A stretch of DNA of 64,000 nucleotides from positions 3,658,001 to 3,722,000 of the forward strand of contig NC_089433.1 of the NCBI RefSeq assembly GCF_026210795.1, given 5' to 3'. Made by a program: the position numbers and the translations under genes. Positions 27,815 to 38,769 of the stretch are shown here, one piece after another. The notes under the pieces are model-generated. The model made no database searches. It was not told the origin of the DNA and saw only the letters and a program-made list of their open reading frames with translations. The DNA is from Rhizophagus irregularis (taxonomy: Eukaryota). The stretch's first letter is position 1; each line of letters opens with the position of its first letter.

Positions 27815-30800
27815 AACAGGGCGGACATGCTAAATATCACATTGCCGATCATTTGCCGATCATATATATATTGATTATCCCATTTTTTTGAGGCTTCGGG
27901 CAAAGCCATATTTGCTCAAAAAAATTACACTAATTATTTTATTTGGTAGTTTAGGTTATCAAAAATATACTATAAAAATTTTGTGGCAAAAAAAAATGTA
28001 ATGCCAAAGTTAGCTTTGAGCCAAAATTTTCAATAATTATAGTATTTACCAATCATATGCCGATCATCTGCTAATTTGACTTTGAAGCTTCAGGCGAAGC
28101 CACAGATGTTCGGGCGAAACTTGAAACTTTTATAGTATATTATTTAGGTATTCAAGAATCTGTAGCTAAAATAAACCTGGATAATTTTTGATAACCCAGA
28201 AGTTATTGTTAAATAAATACTTGCAATTATTTAAGGTTAATAAGACTAATTTTTGGTATAGTTTTTATGAACTGTTTTAAGGGTTAATTCATTTATAATA
28301 AATAGAGAATAAAGTAAAATAATTGAATTTTATATATATTGTTCATTTTTTTATAAATAGTTTTTAAAATTTACAGAAAATACTTATAAAAATTGTATCA
28401 ATTTTAATATAAAATATTATTATCTAATTTAAATATAATATAAAACAGCATTATTTTTTTTTAACTTAATAAAAAACAACACTTTTTTTGAATTTAATAT
28501 AAAAGTTTTGAATAAATTATTCAATAAAATGTCAACAGATTCTACTTGCAGTTTTAATTCAACTGATTGCAAAGGAGCAATTAAGCAAATTACTAATAAT
28601 ACAAAAATTCCAATAACAAATAAAGAAATTATTTTAGTTGGCATGAAACTATGTCAAACTCACTATAATAAATTTATTATTAATGAAGCTCATAACCTTA
28701 AACATAATGAAACTTGCTCTCATCCAAAGCATGATGAATATAAAAGTCAATCAAAAAATACAAATAAAAGATCAAAAAACCTTAATCTTGAAAAGGTTCC
28801 AAAGAGATTGATGTTAATTTTAAATTTAGATGAGACTGCTAAAATTTGTAGCTTATGCAGAAAAAGGACAGATAAAGATCCTGATTATAATATATTAGAA
28901 GAATATAATGCACCAATTTCTAAAAAAGAAAATGATAATAATATATTAAATATAGGAAATCATGCTTATTCATTTAGAAAAGATGTTTTATACAGTGGAG
29001 AAGAATTAAAGCAGTTTGAATCAGATTATCAAGAGATTATAACACAATTAACAATTTCAAATGAAATTAGTTTAAGTGATAAAATTAAAAAAATGTCTAA
29101 CATTCTTTATAAAAATCAAAGAGTATTAAAACAAAAAACAATTTATGATCCTGATGAATTTAAAATTATGTTAGAAGAAGCAGATACAGATTTAATTGGA
29201 TTTTTTGATGAATTATATAAGGGAACTAATCCTAATACAAAATCTGTTAAAACAAATAATAATAATAAGAAAAAACTAGTTTCTTTATGTTATTTTTTAG
29301 CTAGTATTAATAACAAATATATAAATGGAATTAAAGCAGATATTGGATCATATTTAGAAACTTCTGGAGCATCAGCTTCTTCTATTGATACACTTGCAAA
29401 TATAGGATTATCAGTATCTCGAAGAACAGTAAATCGACAAAAAACTTATATTTCAGAAGATCATCAGTATACTGTAAATGACTATTGTTTACAAAACATT
29501 GAAAATATGTTTATACTTAATATTGATGATTATCATAATATTCATAGAAGAAATCAACCAACTCTATTAAAAACACATGACATTAATCACTTTGTAACAA
29601 TTTTATTAAATTCAAATTCTAATATTCCTAAAATACCTTATTACTCATTAAACAGAATTCCAATTCATAATCCTAAAGGTGTTGATTTTAAATTAATTAT
29701 AGATTATATTGATGTTAGCTTCATGAGTAAATTAGGAAAAAGTTATTATCAACAAAATGAAATGTGGAAGCAATATTTATCTGATGATTCTTATGAAAAT
29801 AAATTGGAATTTCTTACTGTTCATAATTATGATGGACGTGTTCAAAATCAACAAGAACTAAGATCAATGAAAAATAGTAAGTTGGTGGATTTTATTTTAC
29901 ATCCTTTGCACAATACAAAGGATTATATTGAATCTTCAAATATTTTATTTAAAGTATTTGAAAAAATAGAACAAGAGGATTATTTAAATAATTTTGTAAT
30001 ACCTACAATTTGTGATTGGCCTGGTCAAGTAAATTTAAAAAGAGCTATTACATTAAGACTTAATAAAAAAGAAAATTCTGGAATTTCACCTCAAATATTA
30101 AGTATAATTCCTATGATTGGTCCACTACATATTTCTTTAAATAGCAGAGAAACATTATTTCAACAATATCATTTCTTTTTTGAAATGATATATCATGATC
30201 TCTTTGGAGCTAACAAGATTTTAGCACAAAAACCAAAGCCAAGACTTATTAATCTTATATTAAATTTAACATTTTATGGATGGAAAAATATTCGCAATTT
30301 AATTATTAATCGTTTTGGAAATATAAAAGATGTTGAATATTTAATGATGATAGATTTATTAGACAATTCTTTACCACTTACTTTAGATATATATACTAAA
30401 CTTTTTAGATGTGGATTTTTTGAAGGATATTTAGAAAGTGTTATAAAAATTTGGATTTTATTTCAAAGATTGCATAGACATAATTATAATAAAGCACCAC
30501 TTATATTTTTAAGTGATGTGTTTTATTGGACATTAAATGATCATCCAATACTAGATGTTTTAAAAAATAATTTACCAATTTTTAATGATTATTTTGTTGA
30601 AAATTTTCATAGTTCTCTTAGATATCAAACAGCTGAATCAAATACTGATAAACAAATTATACAAAAAGCAAAAACTATTGATATTGAAAGAAATGATGAT
30701 GGATTTAAAAATACTTTTATTAACACAAGAAATACAAATATTTCAAAGGTTAAATTAATATCTTTAGAAAAGAAAGTTTCATTATTCTTATTATCTCTTT

Positions 30801-31590
30801 TTGATATAATTTATCATAATATTGGAAAATCAAGTAATAATAACAATAATAATATGTTTGAACTTCCAAGTTTTAATAATAGAAATGTAAATGTTAAGCT
30901 TTTTCCTTTAGCTTGGAGTACTTCAAATATACCTGATAATGATAAAATTTGTGATGCAGAAAATTGTCTATCATCAAATTCATCAAATATTATTTTAATA
31001 TGTGGCCATAGCTATCATAAAGAATGCTTAAGTCTACTAGATGAAAAGTGTAAATATTGCTTTAATTATTTATCAGAAAGCATTAAAACAAATATTACTA
31101 GTTTGAATAAAAGATTATTTAAACCATTAAAAGATAATGAAATATCTGAATTTACAGAAGATAAAGGTTTAGATGAAGATTATGATGATGAAAATATTGA
31201 TAGTCTTTTAGAACAAGAAGAATATAATATAAATAATCAATATGAAATTCAATATAATATATGGTTAAACTATAATAATATGTAAATGATAGATAAAAAT
31301 CCTTTATTTTATTTTAATTTTAATAAAAATACTTATTTTCATTAAATTATAAAAAGTTTCCATTAGTAAAATTGCTTAATAATATTCTGATTTAGGTAAA
31401 AATTAATATACTATAATTCTGAAGTAAAATTAAGCTATTCTTAAAATTTTAGTATACATTAATATGTAAATTTTGCAAAAAATAACTGATAACAGTATTT
31501 TTCTTATGTGATATGATTGAATAAATGATCGACAAATGATCGGCAAAATGATCGGCAAAATCGTGATAAAATAGAGATGTCCGCCCTGTT
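27815..31590 (+). mobile_element. 3776-bp DNA transposon, Academ-like, with 9-bp TSD
   Basis: Perfect 14-bp TIR AACAGGGCGGACAT, extended by GCCGATCAT subterminal repeats. TSD GTGCCATAT at 27806-27814 and 31591-31599. Removing the element restores the LINE frame QNHMAPRP. Confidence 0.93.
28529..31285 (+). CDS. Putative DDE transposase (Academ/DUF6589-like) with N-terminal Cys/His motifs and a C-terminal RING-like finger (918 aa from first ATG)
   Basis: Only long ORF between the TIRs. Motifs NIDDYH, ICDWPG, IGPLH, HNYNK and DYFVENFH follow the D..D..GxxH..NY..DxxxE order of Academ-type transposases. C-terminal CDAENC...CGHSYHKEC...CKYC. Confidence 0.75.
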   Translation: MSTDSTCSFNSTDCKGAIKQITNNTKIPITNKEIILVGMKLCQTHYNKFIINEAHNLKHNETCSHPKHDEYKSQSKNTNKRSKNLNLEKVPKRLMLILNLDETAKICSLCRKRTDKDPDYNILEEYNAPISKKENDNNILNIGNHAYSFRKDVLYSGEELKQFESDYQEIITQLTISNEISLSDKIKKMSNILYKNQRVLKQKTIYDPDEFKIMLEEADTDLIGFFDELYKGTNPNTKSVKTNNNNKKKLVSLCYFLASINNKYINGIKADIGSYLETSGASASSIDTLANIGLSVSRRTVNRQKTYISEDHQYTVNDYCLQNIENMFILNIDDYHNIHRRNQPTLLKTHDINHFVTILLNSNSNIPKIPYYSLNRIPIHNPKGVDFKLIIDYIDVSFMSKLGKSYYQQNEMWKQYLSDDSYENKLEFLTVHNYDGRVQNQQELRSMKNSKLVDFILHPLHNTKDYIESSNILFKVFEKIEQEDYLNNFVIPTICDWPGQVNLKRAITLRLNKKENSGISPQILSIIPMIGPLHISLNSRETLFQQYHFFFEMIYHDLFGANKILAQKPKPRLINLILNLTFYGWKNIRNLIINRFGNIKDVEYLMMIDLLDNSLPLTLDIYTKLFRCGFFEGYLESVIKIWILFQRLHRHNYNKAPLIFLSDVFYWTLNDHPILDVLKNNLPIFNDYFVENFHSSLRYQTAESNTDKQIIQKAKTIDIERNDDGFKNTFINTRNTNISKVKLISLEKKVSLFLLSLFDIIYHNIGKSSNNNNNNMFELPSFNNRNVNVKLFPLAWSTSNIPDNDKICDAENCLSSNSSNIILICGHSYHKECLSLLDEKCKYCFNYLSESIKTNITSLNKRLFKPLKDNEISEFTEDKGLDEDYDDENIDSLLEQEEYNINNQYEIQYNIWLNYNNM

Positions 31591-34500
31591 GTGCCATATG
31601 GTTTTGAATGATCGGTTTATCTAGATCGAAGATTAGTCTTCCTTGGTTATTGATGGTGATATTGTTTTTTAGAAAAGTGTACCAACGGGGTATCTTGCCT
31701 CCTTTGTGCTGGAGATTTTTCTTTATAGTATTATAGTCTTCCAGGAACGCGTTATCTTTCGTTATGATGTGGTCTAAGAACATGATTCCTTTGTTTTTAA
31801 GGCTGTTCAAATGGGCAAAAAGAAATTTTTTGTCTATGACAAAATGTGCTAGTGGATAGAAACCTCCTTTCGTAACAAATTTAAAATTAGTTGATAAAGA
31901 AAGATTATAAAATTTAAAGAAAGTAAGTAAAGATTCTATTCTAGAAAAACAAATTAACGGTTTATCAAATAAATCAAAAAAATTAATAAGAGAATCAGGT
32001 AAAAAAAATTTTTGTTGACATAATAAAAAAAGAAATTTTAAAGTATTAGAAGTATGTGGATTGTTTGCTTGTGCGACCAGTAAAGAAGATTGAACTTTTA
32101 ATTGATGATCAAAAAAATTAATTATATGGGGATAAATGTTACTATGTAAAACCGAATTAAAAGTACTTTTGGGAAGATTAAGGGCTTGTTTAATAACAGA
32201 GCGTAAGGAGATATTAATTTTGTTGCATTGATTGATTGAAAGCATAAAATGCTGTGACAGATATTCTATTCTCGGTATAATCACTTTGTTAATCACGTAA
32301 ATCACGTGATCATGAGTAAGTTTTTTCTTCCTGATAAGCATAGTAACGTAATTGATTGTATTGAAAATTTTCTTTGTACTTGTTTTGTGAAAATCATCCG
32401 GATTGAAATAAACTCCTAAGATTCGTGCAGCTTTATACTTAGCTAATAAGGGCACTTTAATTACAGAACCAAATTCAATATCTATATGAGTTGGTGATGA
32501 AGAAGCTCCGTTTTTTATTATTTTCTTTGCATGTTTGTTAGCCAAGATGACGGTCTTTTCTTTGTTAATGTGAATATTAGCTAATTCATAAAAACTATGT
32601 GCAATTTTCAAATTTTCTATGAGGTTGGGTAGTTGTTCTGCCAACCATGTCGTATCGTCTAAGTATCCTAGCACTTTATGAGATAATATTTCTTTAATTT
32701 CATCATTGTCGTCTGATTGAGACGCATTTTTAGGAAAGAAACATGTGCGTGGTATTGTTGAAGTATATTCTATTCCTGGAAATCTAGAGGAATTAATCGC
32801 CTCAAACATTGGGTCGTAGTAAATAACCCACAATAGCGGACATATCGAGTCACCTTGGTCTATACCATTAATAACGTCATAGGGATCACCAATCCAATCC
32901 TCAAATATTACATAATTCGATCTATTAGTGAAAAGATTTAAGATGAAGGCGATAATATTTGGTGGGAGACAAATTCTCTCTAGCGCCTTGTTTAAAAGAG
33001 GAATATCTACTCTGTCATATGCTTTTGATAAATCTTGAATCATGATGAATAATGGCTTCTTGAGATTGGTTGCTGCCGTTATGGTTGCTTGTATATTGAA
33101 AATAATTTCCATGCATGAAGAACCTTGTATTCCAGCTCTGTTATTGTGCTGTAGGACGTTATTTTGACTGATAAATTTATTGAGGTGTGCATTAATCAGC
33201 TTTGTTAGAATTTTCCGGAACGTGTCTAATAATACTATCGGACGAGTATATCTAATGTCGTTATCCCACCATTGGGGTTTTGGTATTGGATAAAGTAGAG
33301 CTTGTTGCCAACTATCGGGAATAACATTATGTGATAGAGAGAAGTTAAAAAGGTATAAAATTTCTTTAAGGAAATTTGTAGGAAATTTTTTGATTATCTC
33401 GTAATTAACTTTAGATAAACCCGGTGCTTTGTTATTAGGTAAGGTTTTGATAATTTCACATAGTTCATCCATATGAATTTCAATAGATAATGATTCAATT
33501 TCATCAACTGGTATATTTGTACGTGGTTGATAAAAAATTTTCCAATAATCGTCAAAACCAACTGTTGGATCATATTTTGAATTACTTGTAAAAGATGACC
33601 CTATATATTGAAAATGGTTATTAGTTATTTCTGTGATCTTGTTTCGATCATTGGAGAATTTAACTTCGCCGTTATCTGTATATTTGATGCGATCTAATGT
33701 TATTTTTCTTGGGTGACGTTCCAAAATTGAATTTAACATTCTTTTGTTGTTTGTTTTGATGTCATCATCTCTTCTTTCAATAAATTTTTTGATTTGTTCT
33801 GAATCCTATGCTGAACGATCCAAAAGCAATTGTTTATTAATCGCCGTTTCTAATTGATTAATAAAGGATAGAATTCTTTCAAGCTCTACTACCGTGTCCA
33901 AAATTAAAGGAAGAGGTTGAATGGGAACAATGTTATTAAATTGCAATAATTTCGATAACCACTTTCTTTTATATTTCCAATGTTTATCGAAAATTTCAAG
34001 TATTTCTTTGAGATCAATATTATCACGCTCATTTTGATTAAGTGTGTTGTTAACATTTATAAAGTTATTCCTATTTTCAATTATAGATACTTTGTCGCGT
34101 AGATATCTTTTTAGAGATGCAAGTTGATATAGTTGATTGAATTGACGTCTGATGTGTAACGGAAGGTCATTTCTTTTAGGGGCTCCACGTTTGTATTTTT
34201 GAACATTAGCTAAGTTTAAGGCCTCTTCTATATCTTTTAAGATTCTATTCATACGTTCATTGATGAAATTTTGAGATGAACGGAAAGGGATGGAAGTATC
34301 TTTTGAATAATCTTCATAAGTTGGATAAGCGTTTTTATTAATTTCTATCTGAAAAGTATTCCATTGATCCACATCTATGTCCTTTATTTTATATTGTTGT
34401 TCGTGGGATGGTAAGTCACGTGATAAATTATAATATTTTTGGTTTTTGGATAAGTTGGCGTTAGGATGATCAATACTTGTAAGAAGCAATCTATGATCTG

Positions 34501-35633
34501 AAGAATAATAACTAGTATTAGTATTAAAAATATTAAATTCTGTAACTTTGTTACATAAATTTTTGGAACCAAAGATATAATCAATCCTTGAAGGTATTTT
34601 TGATGTATCATTAGAATAATGAGTAGGCGTTATTTTATGACCAAATTTTTCTCCTATATGAACCATGTCAAATTTCTGAAGAATTAATTCCATGGCCCTA
34701 TATATATTGTTAAGGATATAACTTTTTGAGTAATCATCAATTTTGTTTTTGCCACGCGAAGAAGAGGTATTATTATTTAGGTTGTTGATGTTGAGATCTC
34801 CTAATATTAGGGTCACGTGATTTGTTTTGTTTGGCTGTTGATTTAATTTCTCAAAAAGATTATTGATAATATCAATATATATTTCTTTATGTGCATGATC
34901 ACATTCAGGTAAATAAATGGAATGTGTATAAATCTTTGTTTTGTTTTTAAAATTAAAAGTTGTAGAAATGTAACGTCCTTGTGTTTGAATAACGGTACTT
35001 TCCAAATGATTATGTAGTTGTTCACTGATGATTAGTCTAGATCCGCTACCACGTTTTTCTTTGTCGGGATTGTTAATAATAAAAAAAAATTTACTAAAAT
35101 TATTATTAAAAGGGACCTGATATTTTAAATGTGCTTTCGATTTGCTGATGTCAAAATTGTTATCTCGTTCGTTAGTTTCACAAACATGTAAGAAATCAAT
35201 CTTGTTAACAACCATTAATTCAATGATCTTGTCTTTTTTTGATTGGAAACCTCCTTGTATATTGTGTGTAGCGAAAATTATTTGTTTATAATCAGAAATT
35301 ATATCTAAGTAATTATGAAAAGTTGATTGAGAATTTTGATGATCTGTGGAAACAAAGTTACTGTTTACTTCGTTATTCGAAGTTGAAGAAAAAGAAGGAG
35401 AAATAATATTATGTATGTTATTAGATTTTTTTGGTTTTTCTAAAGGGTTTTGTAAATTTTTTTCCGGATTTTTTGGATTTTTTGTTTTTTTGTTAAATTT
35501 AATATTAAAAGAAGAAGAAATATTCGTAACCGTGTTTTGTAACCGTTGTAAAGTTTTCTTTGTGTTGTCCATCATTAGTCCACCCTGATATTTTGAGAGA
35601 TATGTACTTGGTGATAAATAGACTATAGGTCTA

Positions 35634-37922
35634 TTAGTTTTTTCGTTGGCCGTAGCCAATCATATTACTAAATTTGCTTCCAATGGATGAAGTAATAGTC
35701 GGATAACCACCTGTAGGTTGTGATGGGGTGTAATCAGGATCGGGGAAGATGTTACGTGTTTCGACCGTATTGGATGATTCGTAACCACTATTAGAACCAT
35801 CAAAATCTTCATTGTAATAAGATTGTTGTTGTTCCTCGGTAAAATTACCATGATGGGGATAAGAGTAGTTATTTTCGCCGTATGCATTGGCGTCATCCTG
35901 ATTTGGCTGATTAAATAATCCACATCTTTCCATATTTTCTAGCATGGCAACAATTCTAGGAATGCCGCTGATGGTTACTTTCTGTTCAGTCATATTATTA
36001 TTGATAGCGGTCAATTGTTGGTTCAGGTTAGCCATATCTTTCTGGTGACGACGTTCTTGTTCCTGTAGAAGGGTGATGTTCTTTGTATGTTCTTTTTGTT
36101 TAATATTAAGAGCACCGACTTCTGAAGAGAGGTCCTTAATGATCGTTTCAAGATGTGTAATCTTTTTGATTAATTCATCATTAGAAGCATTGGAATATTC
36201 CGGTTGCTTGCATTTGGGTGTCGGTGATGGTCGATTTATATGCGCCGTTGGTTGTTCGTCCCAGTTATATAAGTTTTTATATGGAGTTGCTTGTGGGCGA
36301 CGTTGAAAGTTATTGGAGTGGTTGTTGTGATTCGGATTTTGTAATGTCCTTCTGTTCGTCCTTTCTTGATTATGCATTGGATCTGGATTGTATCTTTGAT
36401 GTGATTGAGGACGGTTTCTATGTGATTTGGTTAATGATTTTATTTGATCATATGAGTTTTTGATATTATCCTTGAGGTTGTATGAGTTTGGTCGTTTTAT
36501 AAATTTTTTCCTGAATTTTCTTTCTTGATTATGGGGGATGATGGCATAGTCTTTTTCCGTGCAAAAAAATACATTGTGACCGTTAAGGCCACAGTAACCA
36601 CAGGTGTCATTTAGATTGAAGTCGTTAGCTGGATATATGTGAAGTTTGAATTCCTGAAAGAGCGTATCAAATTTGTTGTATGTGATGAAGTCTTGATCGC
36701 TGGTGTTGCAATAAATGTTGGCAATTTTGTGTAGGGATACTGATTTGGTCAGTAAGAATTCAATAGATCTTGCTTTTAAATGATCAGTTAAAGGTAATAA
36801 ATCCAATACTGTGGCATTTAGAGGGATTCCAGTAACTATATAAGTAGGATTGGTGCGTTCCTTGAAATTTGCTTTGTCTTCTTCTATAGGAGTTATTCTG
36901 ATGAGAAAATTTTCTATGAGTATGCCCCATTTATGTTGTGATAGTAGGTATTCTACCGCATTTGGCTTGTCAAAGGTGAGCGTAACTTTTTTATATGTGG
37001 GTGCTTTATAATTATATCTCAATTTTGGAGGTAAGTTACGAATGTTGGTTCTTTTGTTGGGGATGAATTCTTTATAACTATCAATAGAGCTACTGGTAAA
37101 GTTGGCTATATGTTTGATAAGAAGGTTTATGTCGTAGTTGATTGGTACATTTAGAAGGTTGATTGAACGTGATTTCAATCTATCAATATTTTGTTCAATT
37201 AATTCATCTAGTTTTTCATTGGAGAAAATTTGAGGCACCGCGTTGTTGAGTAACGGTACGGGTTTTTCCTTGAGTTTGTCGAAAGTTTCTTTTGTTCCAA
37301 TCAGGATAGTAAAAAATTCTATGGTGGCTCTTTTTACTGGTCTATATGATATGATGTCATGTTCTGTTAAAAAGGCATTTTTTAAGTCATTTAAAATTTC
37401 GTTGTTTGATTTTTCTTTGTCGAAAATATTCCTCATGAAGAATAATATATATTCAGTATTTGATCGTGAGTTATAATCCTTAAACAGCTCTAATGTCTGC
37501 GAAGTTACATCATTGTTTACGTTGGAAGGAGTTTGTGAACTAGTAGATCCTTGTGTTGATACTGAATTTGTATGGTTGATCTGTTGATCTGTGTCCATTG
37601 CATCTTGGCTTGCAATGATTGGTGTAGTTGATTCAACGGAATTCGTATCACGTGATGAAATGTCAATTTCCGAGGAAATTGGATGTTCGTTTGTAGTTTT
37701 ATCGTCGACTTCCATATTGTTGTTATCGTCTGTAGGGGACGAAGGTAAAGAAGAGTTTTCAATTCTTTTTTGTTTTTTCTTTGTTTGAGCTGTTGGAGAT
37801 ACGTTTTGGTTTTGGCCGTAGGTTTCTGCGACCATTTCTTCGTCTGATAAATTGGTATGGTTGTCAAATTGTGTTTTTTGGTTATTTCGTTTAGCAGTTT
37901 TGGCGCGAGTGTTATCTGCCAT
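35634..37922 (-). CDS. LINE ORF1 (gag-like nucleic-acid binding protein)
   Basis: Intact 762-aa ORF with zinc knuckle CGYCGLNGHNVFFC (CX2CX4HX4C) and a heptad coiled-coil. Overlaps the ORF2 start by 26 nt. Confidence 0.9.
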   Translation of the reverse strand: MADNTRAKTAKRNNQKTQFDNHTNLSDEEMVAETYGQNQNVSPTAQTKKKQKRIENSSLPSSPTDDNNNMEVDDKTTNEHPISSEIDISSRDTNSVESTTPIIASQDAMDTDQQINHTNSVSTQGSTSSQTPSNVNNDVTSQTLELFKDYNSRSNTEYILFFMRNIFDKEKSNNEILNDLKNAFLTEHDIISYRPVKRATIEFFTILIGTKETFDKLKEKPVPLLNNAVPQIFSNEKLDELIEQNIDRLKSRSINLLNVPINYDINLLIKHIANFTSSSIDSYKEFIPNKRTNIRNLPPKLRYNYKAPTYKKVTLTFDKPNAVEYLLSQHKWGILIENFLIRITPIEEDKANFKERTNPTYIVTGIPLNATVLDLLPLTDHLKARSIEFLLTKSVSLHKIANIYCNTSDQDFITYNKFDTLFQEFKLHIYPANDFNLNDTCGYCGLNGHNVFFCTEKDYAIIPHNQERKFRKKFIKRPNSYNLKDNIKNSYDQIKSLTKSHRNRPQSHQRYNPDPMHNQERTNRRTLQNPNHNNHSNNFQRRPQATPYKNLYNWDEQPTAHINRPSPTPKCKQPEYSNASNDELIKKITHLETIIKDLSSEVGALNIKQKEHTKNITLLQEQERRHQKDMANLNQQLTAINNNMTEQKVTISGIPRIVAMLENMERCGLFNQPNQDDANAYGENNYSYPHHGNFTEEQQQSYYNEDFDGSNSGYESSNTVETRNIFPDPDYTPSQPTGGYPTITSSIGSKFSNMIGYGQRKN

Positions 37923-38769
37923 ATTAAGATTATACTATTCACGCCGGAGAGTCTGAATTTTTAATAATTTTTATATGTTGAGATACTAGATAAAATGTTT
38001 TCTATAGACAATTCCTTTAGCTGGATTTTTGGTCAGAGGATCGGCGTGAAAAGTCCTTCATTTGCCTTTTTCATGCAAGATGAGATTTGAGAATAAGGTT
38101 CCTAACGTCGTTCGTCCCATCACGTGATTTGCTGCAGATATGGCTGATCCCTACTCAGATAAATTTGTTGCCGCAATTTGTCCCACAGTAAATCACCTCA
38201 TTTCTCGTCAATCCTATTGGAACTTTCTGTTAATACTTTTGGATTCCAGCCACGTGCTAAATTTTGCTGCGCCGACCGAAAAAATTTGCGATGAAAAATC
38301 CCCAAGAAACCTCCAAGTCGTCTAGGCCCAAGAAGCTGCTATCCCATCCCTCAGTACGTTTTCTTCGTTTTCCGAGCCTCTGTTGCCGCCTACTATCAAC
38401 ACTTTTTTGGAAAACGACACCTCGCCCTACTTGGCCTTTTTATGGGTCGCCACCATATTGGCTGACAGCAAGAAGTAACTTTGTGGTCGAGAAGTCGAAA
38501 ACTACTAGGCGACGCCTACTGAAACTGGCCTCAAACGGTTCGTAAAGGAGTGAATAAACAGTTGTCGTGTTGAAATGCGTAAAAAACTGACTTTCCATAA
38601 GCACTTTTGAACTCTTCCGCCTTTTGTTTCGTCCTGCTGTACCGAATGATCGGCGGGAAGAGTTCCTACTTTTTTTCATCTTGTACACAAATATCTAATT
38701 TGGTCGAATATGAAACAAATATAAATAGTCGGTCTTCCTCCAACTTAGGACTTTATTCTTTTTAACAAA

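Larger units (their letters stand above)
25687..35659 (-). pseudogene. LINE ORF2 polyprotein (~2060 aa reconstructed), disrupted
   Basis: APE: THNIQG, CETN, LGDLN, RIDYIF, SDH. RT: KAPG, RPIVLL, DLSKAYD, QGD.ICPLL, YLDD. RNase H: FTDGS, KAE, TDSQ, KAHSG...NDIAD. C-terminal CxxC...HLWEC. Lesions: in-frame TAG at 33806-33808, the transposon at 27815-31590, and a 1-bp frameshift near 26671. Confidence 0.93.
25465..38066 (-). mobile_element. Full-length non-LTR retrotransposon (LINE; ORF1 + APE-RT-RNaseH-CCHC ORF2), ~8.8 kb without the nested transposon
   Basis: Two-ORF LINE architecture, minus-strand (TAAA)n tail at ~25465-25483, and a 15-bp direct repeat TTTTTCATGCAAGAT at 25450-25464 and 38067-38081. 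LINE identity is secure; these exact ends depend on reading the repeat as a TSD. Confidence 0.85.
24941..38682 (-). mobile_element. Outer non-coding poly(A) retroposon, ~1.1 kb (parts 24941-25464 and 38082-38682); also the outer boundary of the nested insertion
   Basis: 12-bp TSD GTACACAAATAT at 24929-24940 and 38683-38694. T10 at 24941-24950 is a poly(A) tail on the minus strand, with minus-strand AATAAA ~25 nt upstream. GC-richer, with no convincing ORF. Confidence 0.75.

Noticed and set aside
31430..31590. C-terminal tail QQGGHLYF... of the 769-aa ORF
   Set aside because: This is read-through into the inserted transposon end; the true frame resumes near 27805.
33806..33808. Programmed read-through between APE and RT
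   Set aside because: A single TGG>TAG change in an element with other lesions is simpler. Other copies would be needed to argue otherwise.
38609..38665. Possible hammerhead ribozyme (GGACGAAAC on the minus strand)
   Set aside because: The core CUGANGA is absent (CCGAUCA instead) and stems II and III do not pair. Kept only as a generic stem-loop.
38140..38688. Short ORFs in the GC-rich 5' segment of the outer retroposon
   Set aside because: They overlap on both strands, show no recognisable motifs, and are expected by chance at higher GC.
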